From Acaryochloris marina MBIC11017 (GTDB lineage: Bacteria; Cyanobacteriota; Cyanobacteriia; Thermosynechococcales; Thermosynechococcaceae), in contig NC_009925.1 of assembly GCF_000018105.1 (NCBI RefSeq), forward strand, positions 5,130,001-5,162,000: 32,000 bases of DNA. The letters are read 5' to 3'. Position numbers and translations under genes: made by a program. Numbering within the stretch: the first letter of the stretch is position 1; every line of letters begins with the position of its first letter. A model generated the notes under the pieces. It did no database searches. It had not been told where the DNA came from and saw only the letters and a list, made by a program, of their open reading frames with translations. Below, piece by piece: positions 1-7,740 of this stretch.

Positions 1-534
1 GGGAGATTGTTTGAGAAGTTGATTCAGTTCAGCCGCTAAATCGGGCTCAGTCTCTTCCGCGACTTGTATCAAGGTGGCAGCAGGGTCAATCTCTACAGTT
101 TCATCCCCTTGAATGATATCTAGGGTCGCTGCAGGCCCTGAAGGAATGTCCGCATCATCGCCAGCCATCAACTGGGCCATGACGTGGAAAACACTCACAT
201 CTGTCTGTTCCCCAGTCACTGCCGTATGGGCAATTTTACGAACTGCATCCAAACCAGAGTAAAGGAGATCGCATAACCCAGACGATAAAATTCGATCCCC
301 TTGCTCAACCTCAGACAAAAGATCCTCCATCTGATGAGTAACGGTCTCGGCATCACCAACCCCCAGCATCCGCGAATCCCCCTTAAGGGAATGGGTTGCT
401 CTTAGGAGTGCTTGTAACTGCTGTTGATCCTCTGGGTTTTTTTCCAAATGGAGCAAACCTGCTTCTATGGTTTCGATATGTTCGGCACTGGCAGCTTTGT
501 AAAGTCCACGCAGTTCGTCATCTTCGATGAACAT
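1..534 (-). CDS. CheA-like histidine kinase, N-terminal Hpt domain (partial, continues beyond left edge)
   Basis: The reverse frame is open from the window edge to the ATG at 534-532. The translation is MFIEDDELRGLYKAASAEHIETIEAGLLHLEK...LRATHSLKGDSRMLG, which carries the HxxKG phospho-histidine signature of Hpt domains. It lies directly downstream of the CheW and MCP genes on the same strand. It is absent from the ORF track because it has no stop in the window. Confidence 0.8.
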   Translation of the reverse strand, partial: MFIEDDELRGLYKAASAEHIETIEAGLLHLEKNPEDQQQLQALLRATHSLKGDSRMLGVGDAETVTHQMEDLLSEVEQGDRILSSGLCDLLYSGLDAVRKIAHTAVTGEQTDVSVFHVMAQLMAGDDADIPSGPAATLDIIQGDETVEIDPAATLIQVAEETEPDLAAELNQLLKQSP

Positions 535-645
535 GGTTGTTATGCTTGCTTAGATAAAGGGTGGGGAAAAGCAGGAAAGAGCTTTCGCTTTGGAGTCGAA
601 AGATCCCAGACAATCAAGGGTTTCTTTCCTAAAAATAAGGCGGTC

Positions 646-2004
646 TTAAACCGTAACAGCCAATTGTTGAGCAACGTCAGTCAGCTGTTCTGTAGTGGTA
701 TTCACCTCACTCACGGCAGAGGCGGTTTCTTGGGCACCCAGGTTAATGGTGTTAATCGCGGAAACCGCTTGCTGAACCACGACCGCCTGCTGTTTAGAAC
801 TCTGAGCAATCGTTTGACTACTTTCAAACACCTCCTGAATGGACTGGGCCATTTTGACAATCACGTCATTGGTGGATTCCGCTAGTTCAATCCCCTTCGT
901 TGCCGTTTTGGTCCCTTCATCGGTTACCATCACAGTGCTATTAATCGAAGCTTGAATATCCGCAACCAAAGTATTAATCTTGTCAGCCGAACTGCGGCTT
1001 TGGTCCGCCAGCTTTCGAATTTCACCGGCAACCACCGCGAAACCTTTTCCTTCTTCACCAGCTCGGGCTGCTTCCACCGCTGCGTTTAGGGCCAGCATGT
1101 TCGTTTGGTCCGCAATGCCAGCCACCAGCTGAGACACCGTCGAAATCTGTCCCGTTTGTTCACTCAACTGCATAATTTGTTCAGCAATTTCTCCTACTTT
1201 GGTTCGGAGTTCGCCAATCCCTTCCACCGTCTCAGCCACGGATTGGGCTCCATTCTTAGAGAGTTCTAGGGCTTCCTGGGCCCCTTTGGCTGATAAATCA
1301 GCTTGCTGGGCCGCTTGCATGGAAGACATCCCTAGCCCTTCAATGGTGACCGTTGTATCTTTAACGGATTGGGTTTGTTCGTTGATGATTTGCTCTTGTT
1401 TGCCAACGGTTTCCGCAATGGCGTAAGAGCTGGTGGCCACAGATCCGACGGAATTGGTCAATACTTTTGAAGCTTGTTGAATGGTCCAGAAAATAAATCC
1501 TAGAACGATCAAGTTCAAGGCCAACACAACGTACTGGGTATTGCTTAGCCCTTGAACGTTATTGGTGGCTGCATTTTCAGCGGCAGACACAGCTTCGTTG
1601 GTTAACTCAAAAAATTTTTCGCTCTCATTAATGACCTGAGCTTTCATACTAGGATTTGACCGATATTGCTCAATCATCTGTCCCAATACTTGCCATTCAG
1701 CTTCTACAGCCTGAATTTTGTCTAGGAACGCGGCATCTGTGGCCTTGGGCAAACCCAGTTCAGCATCTCCGTTAATCAAGCCGTTGATGAGACCATCAAT
1801 TTTCTGGCGAAGTTGATTATCCGGTTTGCCATTCGTTTCCAATTTGACCAAGCGCTGGGTGGCCCCCCGAACAATACCTGCATTGTTCACAACCGTACCG
1901 TCGTTTGTGTTGCGACCGATGTTGCTAACGGTGTAAGCAGTGGTGCCTAGGGCAAAAACCGTCAAGCCTGCAACGGTCCATCGGAGTTGGTTTGTAATTT
2001 TCAT
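646..2004 (-). CDS. Methyl-accepting chemotaxis protein with PilJ-type periplasmic sensor
   Basis: 452 aa. There are two TM segments ([18 protein letters not shown] and [18 protein letters not shown]). They flank a segment containing [17 protein letters not shown], a PilJ/NarX P-box-like motif. The canonical MCP hairpin tip [32 protein letters not shown] is present. Confidence 0.9.
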   Translation of the reverse strand: MKITNQLRWTVAGLTVFALGTTAYTVSNIGRNTNDGTVVNNAGIVRGATQRLVKLETNGKPDNQLRQKIDGLINGLINGDAELGLPKATDAAFLDKIQAVEAEWQVLGQMIEQYRSNPSMKAQVINESEKFFELTNEAVSAAENAATNNVQGLSNTQYVVLALNLIVLGFIFWTIQQASKVLTNSVGSVATSSYAIAETVGKQEQIINEQTQSVKDTTVTIEGLGMSSMQAAQQADLSAKGAQEALELSKNGAQSVAETVEGIGELRTKVGEIAEQIMQLSEQTGQISTVSQLVAGIADQTNMLALNAAVEAARAGEEGKGFAVVAGEIRKLADQSRSSADKINTLVADIQASINSTVMVTDEGTKTATKGIELAESTNDVIVKMAQSIQEVFESSQTIAQSSKQQAVVVQQAVSAINTINLGAQETASAVSEVNTTTEQLTDVAQQLAVTV

Positions 2005-2107
2005 TGAATTGCTGGTGTCCTTTGACTAGTAAAGGTTTGATACGAAGTCCGCAAATAGCGGTCATAAAAAGATTGATCGGCCATCCCTGGCCCTAGGTTC
2101 AGATCAG

Positions 2108-3391
2108 CTAAGCCACACTCAAGACTCCTTGGCTAATCATTTTGGGTAGATCCAGAAGATTGAGGTATTGATTGTCGTAGAGAATCATGCCCTGCAAAAA
2201 CTCACGGTAAGTAGCGGAGACAGCGGCTGGAATCGGAGCAATCTGGGCTGATGATAAAGCAGTCACATCGATCACCTCATCAACGGTGAGACCTGCCACC
2301 ACATCGTCCACCTCAAAGACGACTGCTTTTTGAGGTGACTCCCTGGAGTCGTCGGACAGATTTAAAGCTTTTTGGATATTCACTAAGGTCATCACTTCCC
2401 CTCTTAAATTGATATTGCCCACAATATGTTGGGGACAACAGGGAATGGGGGTCACGGACCGAATATTGATAAATTCTCGAACCCAACTTAAGTCCAAACC
2501 AAAATACTGATTGCCTAGTCCCACAACGGCTAAAGACCGCAAATCAGCAGGATCGGTGTCGGTGGGTGCCTCTCTTAAACTGGCCGCCCGTTGCCGAAAA
2601 ATGTCTTGATCGGCCTCAGACGCATCGGGGCAGTAACGCTCAAAAAAAGTACCCAGCTTAGGAGGTTGAATGGCAGTGGGTTCAGGCTCAAATGCCTCTT
2701 CCAGAGCAGCCTCTAATGGCTGATCTGAGTCAGACTCAGCCGCTTCTAGATCAGCCGTTAACATTTGTTCTGAATCAGAGCCTGATTCAGAATCATTCAG
2801 TAACGCTTCCCACTGTTGATGCAGGGCTGCGATCTCATCCGGATCTTCAACCTCTTCTAGGGTCTCTGATGATGGTTCTGATTCTAGGTTGAGTGGAATT
2901 TCTGGAAAGTCGGGCTCTGTCCTGTCCAGTTCAGATTCCCAGGCCAGGCTAGCGACCTGATCCGGCTGGCGGATCAGGGTTTCTGGGTTGAGAAACACAA
3001 TAGGGACCTCTAGTTCCCGGGTGACGCCTTTGATGTAAGGGGAAGCTTGAGACCTTCCGTATTCAACAGATGTATCAATTGCAGCTGCGCCAAACGTCAG
3101 TACATCTTGGACCTGATTAACGACGATCCCGACTTGAATGCCTTGCCAGTCCATAATGATGACGGCATCCTTGAGCTTACAATTGGGCTGAGATTGGCCC
3201 AATCGACAAGCTAAATGCATAACGGGGACAATTTTTCCCCGTAGATTTAGCATGCCAATAATATCTGGGGGAGCTTCTGCCAGAGGCGTTAGTTCCGGTA
3301 AAGGAAAAACTTCTTGTACGAGCTCAGCATCAATTCCATACCACAATTCTTGCAGCTGAAAGATCAGATAAGCTTGATTGTCCATAACCAT
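2108..3391 (-). CDS. CheW-like coupling protein with two CheW domains joined by an acidic linker
   Basis: 427 aa. The N-terminal segment (YLIFQLQELWYGIDAELVQEV...GMLNLRGKIVPVMHL) and the C-terminal segment (YFGLDLSWVREFINI...GNINLRGEVMTLVNI) both show the CheW pattern. The linker of roughly 100 aa is rich in E, D and S. Confidence 0.85.
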   Translation of the reverse strand: MVMDNQAYLIFQLQELWYGIDAELVQEVFPLPELTPLAEAPPDIIGMLNLRGKIVPVMHLACRLGQSQPNCKLKDAVIIMDWQGIQVGIVVNQVQDVLTFGAAAIDTSVEYGRSQASPYIKGVTRELEVPIVFLNPETLIRQPDQVASLAWESELDRTEPDFPEIPLNLESEPSSETLEEVEDPDEIAALHQQWEALLNDSESGSDSEQMLTADLEAAESDSDQPLEAALEEAFEPEPTAIQPPKLGTFFERYCPDASEADQDIFRQRAASLREAPTDTDPADLRSLAVVGLGNQYFGLDLSWVREFINIRSVTPIPCCPQHIVGNINLRGEVMTLVNIQKALNLSDDSRESPQKAVVFEVDDVVAGLTVDEVIDVTALSSAQIAPIPAAVSATYREFLQGMILYDNQYLNLLDLPKMISQGVLSVA

Positions 3392-3418
3392 ATGTCCTTT
3401 GGAAAAATATTGAACCCA

Positions 3419-4576
3419 TTAGCGACTCATTTGGGGGGAAGGAATGTACTTTTCGATGGCGTTGAGTAATGTCTCTTTTTCAACGGGTTTGGTTAAATAG
3501 TGGGTTGATCCCGCCATTTGTCCCTTTACCTTATTTAAAAGGCCGTCTTTGGCCGTCAGCATAATTACAGGTAGGTTTTGGAACTGTGGGATAGATCTCA
3601 CCGTGCGACAGAGTTCAAAACCATCAACATCAGGCATCGTGACGTCTAACAGCAACAGCTCCACTGAATTTGAATTGTTGTTCAGCACCTGTAGGGCATC
3701 TATCGCACTATTGGCGGTCAAGACTTTATAGTGATCTCCGATGGCCCGTTTAATCATGGTTTGGACAACGAGGCTGTCGTCCACACTTAATATTACTGGC
3801 AAGCCTTTTTGTTCTGTTGTCGATGGTTGAGCCGTAATTTTAGGCTGAGCTCCCGTGAAGGTTATCCACCCTAGCTTGTGCCAACGGAGATAAAGCTGTC
3901 CCAATGCCAACGGGTCTTGCTTCATTTCAGATGCAATTTGCAACAAAGATCTCTGACCGTCTATCCATGTCTGTAAATGTTTCTGTGCATGAGCATCATC
4001 AACTGCATGATTTTTGTTGATTTGGATGGGATGGGGAATGGCATCAATGGACGGAATATCCGGTTCAAGGTCAGTCCAGGCCTGTTGACGCTTCACTAAT
4101 GTTGCTTGCAGTTGTTGCCAATCTAGTCCATGCCGATCTTCTCCATAACAAAGATCAAACTCTGCTTGAGCATTGGTTACCAGTCGGCCTTCATAAGGTA
4201 AAAGCTGGTCTAACCTCAAGACCGTTTGGTTAAATATCAATTTCTCGATCTGCTCCCAGGTAAAGAGATTGATGCGAGTATAAATAGATAAATAAGAATG
4301 AATGGAGGTTGGATCCTTTACCTTTTTCTCTGCCATTTTGATGGCAGCATTGATAATTTTCAGATTCAACAGTTTCCCAATTTCTTGTGAGAAGTCTATG
4401 GGATTAGGCAAGTCATTACCGATATAAGTAATCGCTCCTTCTTTGAAGAAAGCGACTTGTGAGCGGACTATATTTTGGGTATTGATAGAAACATCAATAT
4501 AGGCGGCTCCACTAAAAGCGTCTTGTCGGAGTTCTTCTAAAGATTGCTGTAATTGTCCAGCTTGGAACTGAAGCAT
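3419..4576 (-). CDS. PatA-type response regulator (N-terminal PATAN domain + C-terminal CheY-like receiver), PixG/PilG-like
   Basis: 385 aa. The C-terminal receiver shows ILSVDDS...LLLLDVTMPDVDG...IMLTAKDG...YLTKP, with the acidic pocket, phospho-Asp, Thr and Lys all present. A non-receiver N-terminal region of about 250 aa is typical of PATAN proteins. It is the first regulator upstream of cheW, as in cyanobacterial tax/pil loci. Confidence 0.85.
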   Translation of the reverse strand: MLQFQAGQLQQSLEELRQDAFSGAAYIDVSINTQNIVRSQVAFFKEGAITYIGNDLPNPIDFSQEIGKLLNLKIINAAIKMAEKKVKDPTSIHSYLSIYTRINLFTWEQIEKLIFNQTVLRLDQLLPYEGRLVTNAQAEFDLCYGEDRHGLDWQQLQATLVKRQQAWTDLEPDIPSIDAIPHPIQINKNHAVDDAHAQKHLQTWIDGQRSLLQIASEMKQDPLALGQLYLRWHKLGWITFTGAQPKITAQPSTTEQKGLPVILSVDDSLVVQTMIKRAIGDHYKVLTANSAIDALQVLNNNSNSVELLLLDVTMPDVDGFELCRTVRSIPQFQNLPVIMLTAKDGLLNKVKGQMAGSTHYLTKPVEKETLLNAIEKYIPSPQMSR

Positions 4577-4832
4577 TATTGACCATCCAGATGAAGCATC
4601 ATTTTTTCTTTTTATACAGGAGAAAAAAACAATCCCAGTATTCTAGTGCCGCGATAAAAAAGCTCAGGTATATAGAGTCCTATAGAGCCTTCTTGTTGAG
4701 CGACATCAACTTATACTTAACCGTTGATAATCGCAATCATATACCTGGGTTGCTGTCTAATGTCATGCTTGACATCCTTTGGCGCAAAAAGGGATCTATC
4801 TCCTTAGCATGCCCAACAGTTAGGGGATTCTT

Positions 4833-4858
4833 TTAATTTTTCCTTAAGGAAAAATTAA
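4833..4858. repeat. 26-nt perfect AT-rich palindrome TTAATTTTTCCTTAAGGAAAAATTAA
   Basis: Verified base by base: 13 complementary pairs around the centre at 4845/4846. It lies in the 363-bp gap between the two PATAN-receiver genes, about 80 nt downstream of the stop of the upstream paralog. Confidence 0.6.
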
Positions 4859-4939
4859 TTTCTTGTTATGAGTGTTTCAATTGGCTGAAATCTCCTTATG
4901 GTCAGGCTTTAGGGCTGGGTGGGGGATCATAACCAGCGG

Positions 4940-6106
4940 TTAATGAAGTCTCCAACTCATCACTTTACTGGACGGCAGGTTCTTTTCTATTACATTGAGT
5001 AACTTTTCTTTTCTGACAGGTTTGGTTAGATAGTGGGTTGATCCAGCCATCTGGCCCTTAACCTTATCAATCAATCCGTCCTTGGCCGTCAGCATAATCA
5101 CCGGCAAATCTCTGAACTTAGAAATGCCTCGAACCGTTTTACAGAACTCGATGCCATCGATATCGGGCATTGTCACATCCAATAGCATCAACTCTATGGG
5201 ATAGCGATTTAGAAGATTGAGAGCTTCAACAGCGTTACTAGCGGTCAAGAACCGATAGTATTCACATAACGTTCGTTTAAGCATGGTTTGGACAACGACG
5301 CTATCATCCACGCTCAAAATTAAGGGTAAGCTCTGTTGAGCAGTTGTAATGGGGTTTCCGCCTAAATATGGGAGCTGATCACCAGCGAAGATTACCCAAT
5401 TCATCTTTTGCCAATGTAAATAAAGATGGCCCAATTCCAGTGGATCACGCTGTAACCCCTCGGCAATATCCAGTAAGGATCGGTTGCCATCAATCCATAT
5501 TGTCAGATGCTGTCTAGCATACTCATCCTCTACCGCTTCATAATTCCCTTGCACAATGGGCTGAGGGATCGCGTCCATAGACGGGATTGCAGGAGTCAGA
5601 GAGGCCCATGCTTGTTGGCGCTGGGTTAAGGACAAACAGAGCTGCTGCCAATCAAAACCGTGGCCATCCTCACCATAGGCCAGATCAAACTCAACGGTCT
5701 CTTCCGTTCTCAGGGTACCGGCATAGGACCAGAGTTGATCGAGATGAAATACCACTTGCGATCGCATCACCTTTTCCAAGGCGTCCCAGCCAAACAGATC
5801 GAGGCGAAAGTAAATGGCTAAGTAAGCCAGAATTGAAGTGGAATCTTTGGCCCTTTTTTCTGCTAACAGCATGGCCGCCTTCATGACTTTAAGCTTCAGC
5901 TTTTCGCCAACCAGTTGGGAAAACTCAAGAGGCGTAGGTAAGGTTTTACCTGCGTAGGTAATTGCCCCTTTATGAAAGGCAATAACCCGTGATCTGACTT
6001 TGTCCTGTTGGCCAAGGGCTGCATTGATATAGACGACACCTGAGAACTCTTCCTGGTGTAGTTGGCCTAGCGTTTTCTGTAATTTTCCTGCCTCGAACTT
6101 AAGCAT
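4940..6106 (-). CDS. PatA-type response regulator (PATAN + receiver), paralog of 3419-4576
   Basis: It is collinear with the neighbouring paralog: MLKFEAGKLQKTLGQLHQEEFSG versus MLQFQAGQLQQSLEELRQDAFSG, and ...MLTAKDGLIDKVKGQMAGSTHYLTKP versus ...MLTAKDGLLNKVKGQMAGSTHYLTKP. The ORF track starts at a TTG at 6136. I prefer the ATG at 6106-6104 because GGAGGA lies 5 nt upstream and the paralog alignment begins there. Confidence 0.85.
   Translation of the reverse strand: MLKFEAGKLQKTLGQLHQEEFSGVVYINAALGQQDKVRSRVIAFHKGAITYAGKTLPTPLEFSQLVGEKLKLKVMKAAMLLAEKRAKDSTSILAYLAIYFRLDLFGWDALEKVMRSQVVFHLDQLWSYAGTLRTEETVEFDLAYGEDGHGFDWQQLCLSLTQRQQAWASLTPAIPSMDAIPQPIVQGNYEAVEDEYARQHLTIWIDGNRSLLDIAEGLQRDPLELGHLYLHWQKMNWVIFAGDQLPYLGGNPITTAQQSLPLILSVDDSVVVQTMLKRTLCEYYRFLTASNAVEALNLLNRYPIELMLLDVTMPDIDGIEFCKTVRGISKFRDLPVIMLTAKDGLIDKVKGQMAGSTHYLTKPVRKEKLLNVIEKNLPSSKVMSWRLH
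5758..5765. repeat. HIP1 (highly iterated palindrome GCGATCGC), first of 11 perfect copies
   Basis: Perfect GCGATCGC occurs at 5758, 8930, 10182, 10777, 12259, 14109, 20973, 24264, 24834, 28340 and 30692 (start coordinates, read by eye). About 0.5 copies would be expected by chance in 32 kb. Confidence 0.9.
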
Positions 6107-6700
6107 TTCATTCCTCCCCCAAGAGAAAAGTGCCAACTTTAGAAGTCTGTAAAGGGCGACTTTTGAATACTCAGCTTACTAGTTAAAAATCTAGATAAAG
6201 CCCACCCTTAAAAAGAGTTGAATCTAGAATAGACGGATATTTTTAAATTCGCTGTTGTTAGTGGCACTGTGCACTTTTAAATTAGTTTGCCCATTTGAAA
6301 GGCGGATTGTTGCAGGAGGATTTGGGAAGAAAATAATGCTCAAGAAAATAAATTCAGACACTAAAAAAGTTAAGTTCTGATTGAAAGAAAAATCCTTAAA
6401 ATCATCATTGATTTTGTATCGGATGTAACTAAATTATTGAATTTTGTATAAAATAATACGGTTTTTATTCATGGCTTATTAAACTCGGCAGTCTCTTGCA
6501 GAAGGCTCAGAATTTTATCTATAGATTGGGAAACTCTCAGGGAAAACTCATACCGCTTCGTTTTAATGAGTCTGTAAGTTAAGGGGGCTAGCCCCTCAGT
6601 CCCTTTGTTTAATGAGCAATACGCGCTTTCGACCCATACTCAAATCCTCTCGATTGATGTCTTGAAGCTGCAAAAAATAAACAAACATGGCATAGTGCCC

Positions 6701-6716
6701 ATGAATGACCATTCAT
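6701..6716. promoter_or_regulatory. Perfect 7-2-7 inverted repeat ATGAATG-AC-CATTCAT, candidate ArsR/SmtB-type operator
   Basis: Both arms are perfectly complementary. It lies 23-38 nt upstream of the ATG at 6739 of the arsM-like gene. It has a TGAAT...ATTCA core like the 7-2-7 repeat I recall from the Synechococcus smtA operator. Confidence 0.4.
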
Positions 6717-6738
6717 TACAAATCCATCGTTGACCAAT

Positions 6739-7707
6739 ATGACGTATTTAGAATCCGCAGCAAAGTTTTACAGTCAAGTCGCTGAAACCCCAGAAGTGGG
6801 CTTATGTTGTGTCCAAAGTACTCCTTTGCAACTGCCGGGCCTGGTGGTGCCTCCGCAAATGCAGGAAATGAACTATGGATGTGGTACAACCGTTCATCCG
6901 ACAGAATTATCGGGTAACCCTACGGTGCTGTATGTTGGCGTGGGCGGTGGCTTGGAAGCCCTGCAATTTTCCTACTTCTCCCGTCGCCCCGGCGCTGTGG
7001 TTGCAGTAGATCCAGTGGATGAAATGCGCAAAGCGGCTGCCCGCAACCTGGAAATTGCCGCCAAAGAAAATGAGTGGTTCGATACCAGCTTTGTCACGAT
7101 TAAAGAAGGCGACGCCTTTGCCCTACCCGTCCCTGATAACTCCGTGGATGTTGTCGCTCAAAACTGCCTCTTCAATATTTTTGAGCCAGAAGATCTGTCT
7201 CGAGCCCTACACGAAACCTATCGCGTCCTCAAGCCTGGTGGTCGCTTGGTCATGAGTGACCCCATTTCCACTCGCCCCATTCCAGAGCATCTCCAGCAGG
7301 ATGATCGGTTAAGAGCCATGTGTTTGTCTGGTGCCTTAACCTACGAACAATATGTTCAGCGCATTATCCATGCTGGCTTTGGACAAGTCGAAATTCGTGC
7401 CCGTCGCCCCTATCGCCTGCTCGATCAGGAAAACTACAAGCTAGATCAGCATTTGCTATTAGAGAGCTTAGACTCCGTTTCCTTTAAGGTAGATATTGCC
7501 GATGATGGGGCTTGTGTGTTTACGGGCAAGATGGCGGTTTATACCGGACCTGAAGAGTATTTTGATGACAAGGCTGGTCACATTTTGAGTTTAGGCATTC
7601 CCCTCGCCGTGTGTGACAAGACGGCAGCCAAACTCGCCAAAGCCCATCCCCAAGCAATTATGATCACCGACTCAACTTGGTACTACGACGGTGGAGGATG
7701 TTGCTAA
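6739..7707 (+). CDS. arsM: ArsM-like SAM-dependent (arsenite) methyltransferase
   Basis: The Rossmann SAM motif is VLYVGVGGGLEAL. Cysteines fall in an ArsM-like layout (GLCCVQS, NYGCGT, AQNCLFN, AMCLSG). The protein ends in GGGCC. It sits immediately upstream of an ArsS-type radical SAM gene. The start could instead be the TTG at 6730. Confidence 0.7.
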   Translation: MTYLESAAKFYSQVAETPEVGLCCVQSTPLQLPGLVVPPQMQEMNYGCGTTVHPTELSGNPTVLYVGVGGGLEALQFSYFSRRPGAVVAVDPVDEMRKAAARNLEIAAKENEWFDTSFVTIKEGDAFALPVPDNSVDVVAQNCLFNIFEPEDLSRALHETYRVLKPGGRLVMSDPISTRPIPEHLQQDDRLRAMCLSGALTYEQYVQRIIHAGFGQVEIRARRPYRLLDQENYKLDQHLLLESLDSVSFKVDIADDGACVFTGKMAVYTGPEEYFDDKAGHILSLGIPLAVCDKTAAKLAKAHPQAIMITDSTWYYDGGGCC

Positions 7708-7740
7708 ACGACGCCGTTTGTTGTTGTGGATCGAGCTGTT

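Noticed and set aside
424-885. 153-aa plus-strand ORF, and similar ORFs at 1199-1426, 2692-2892, 3549-3731 and 5587-5886
   Set aside because: All are antisense to, or out of frame with, strongly supported chemosensory genes. Their translations are low-complexity noise with no motifs.
2768-2792. 25-nt 11-3-11 perfect inverted repeat TTCTGAATCAG-AGC-CTGATTCAGAA inside the CheW gene, containing the smtA-operator-like half-site CTGAATC
   Set aside because: It lies in the acidic/serine-rich linker coding region (…SESGSDSEQ…). The symmetry is most simply a by-product of repeated TCA/GAA/GAT codons. It is not at a promoter position.
4577-4939. Possibility that the 363-bp gap between the PATAN regulators is a decayed cheY (pixH/pilH) gene
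   Set aside because: No minus-strand reading frame of useful length survives. The region is AT-rich and non-coding in character. I could not see any receiver-domain remnant.
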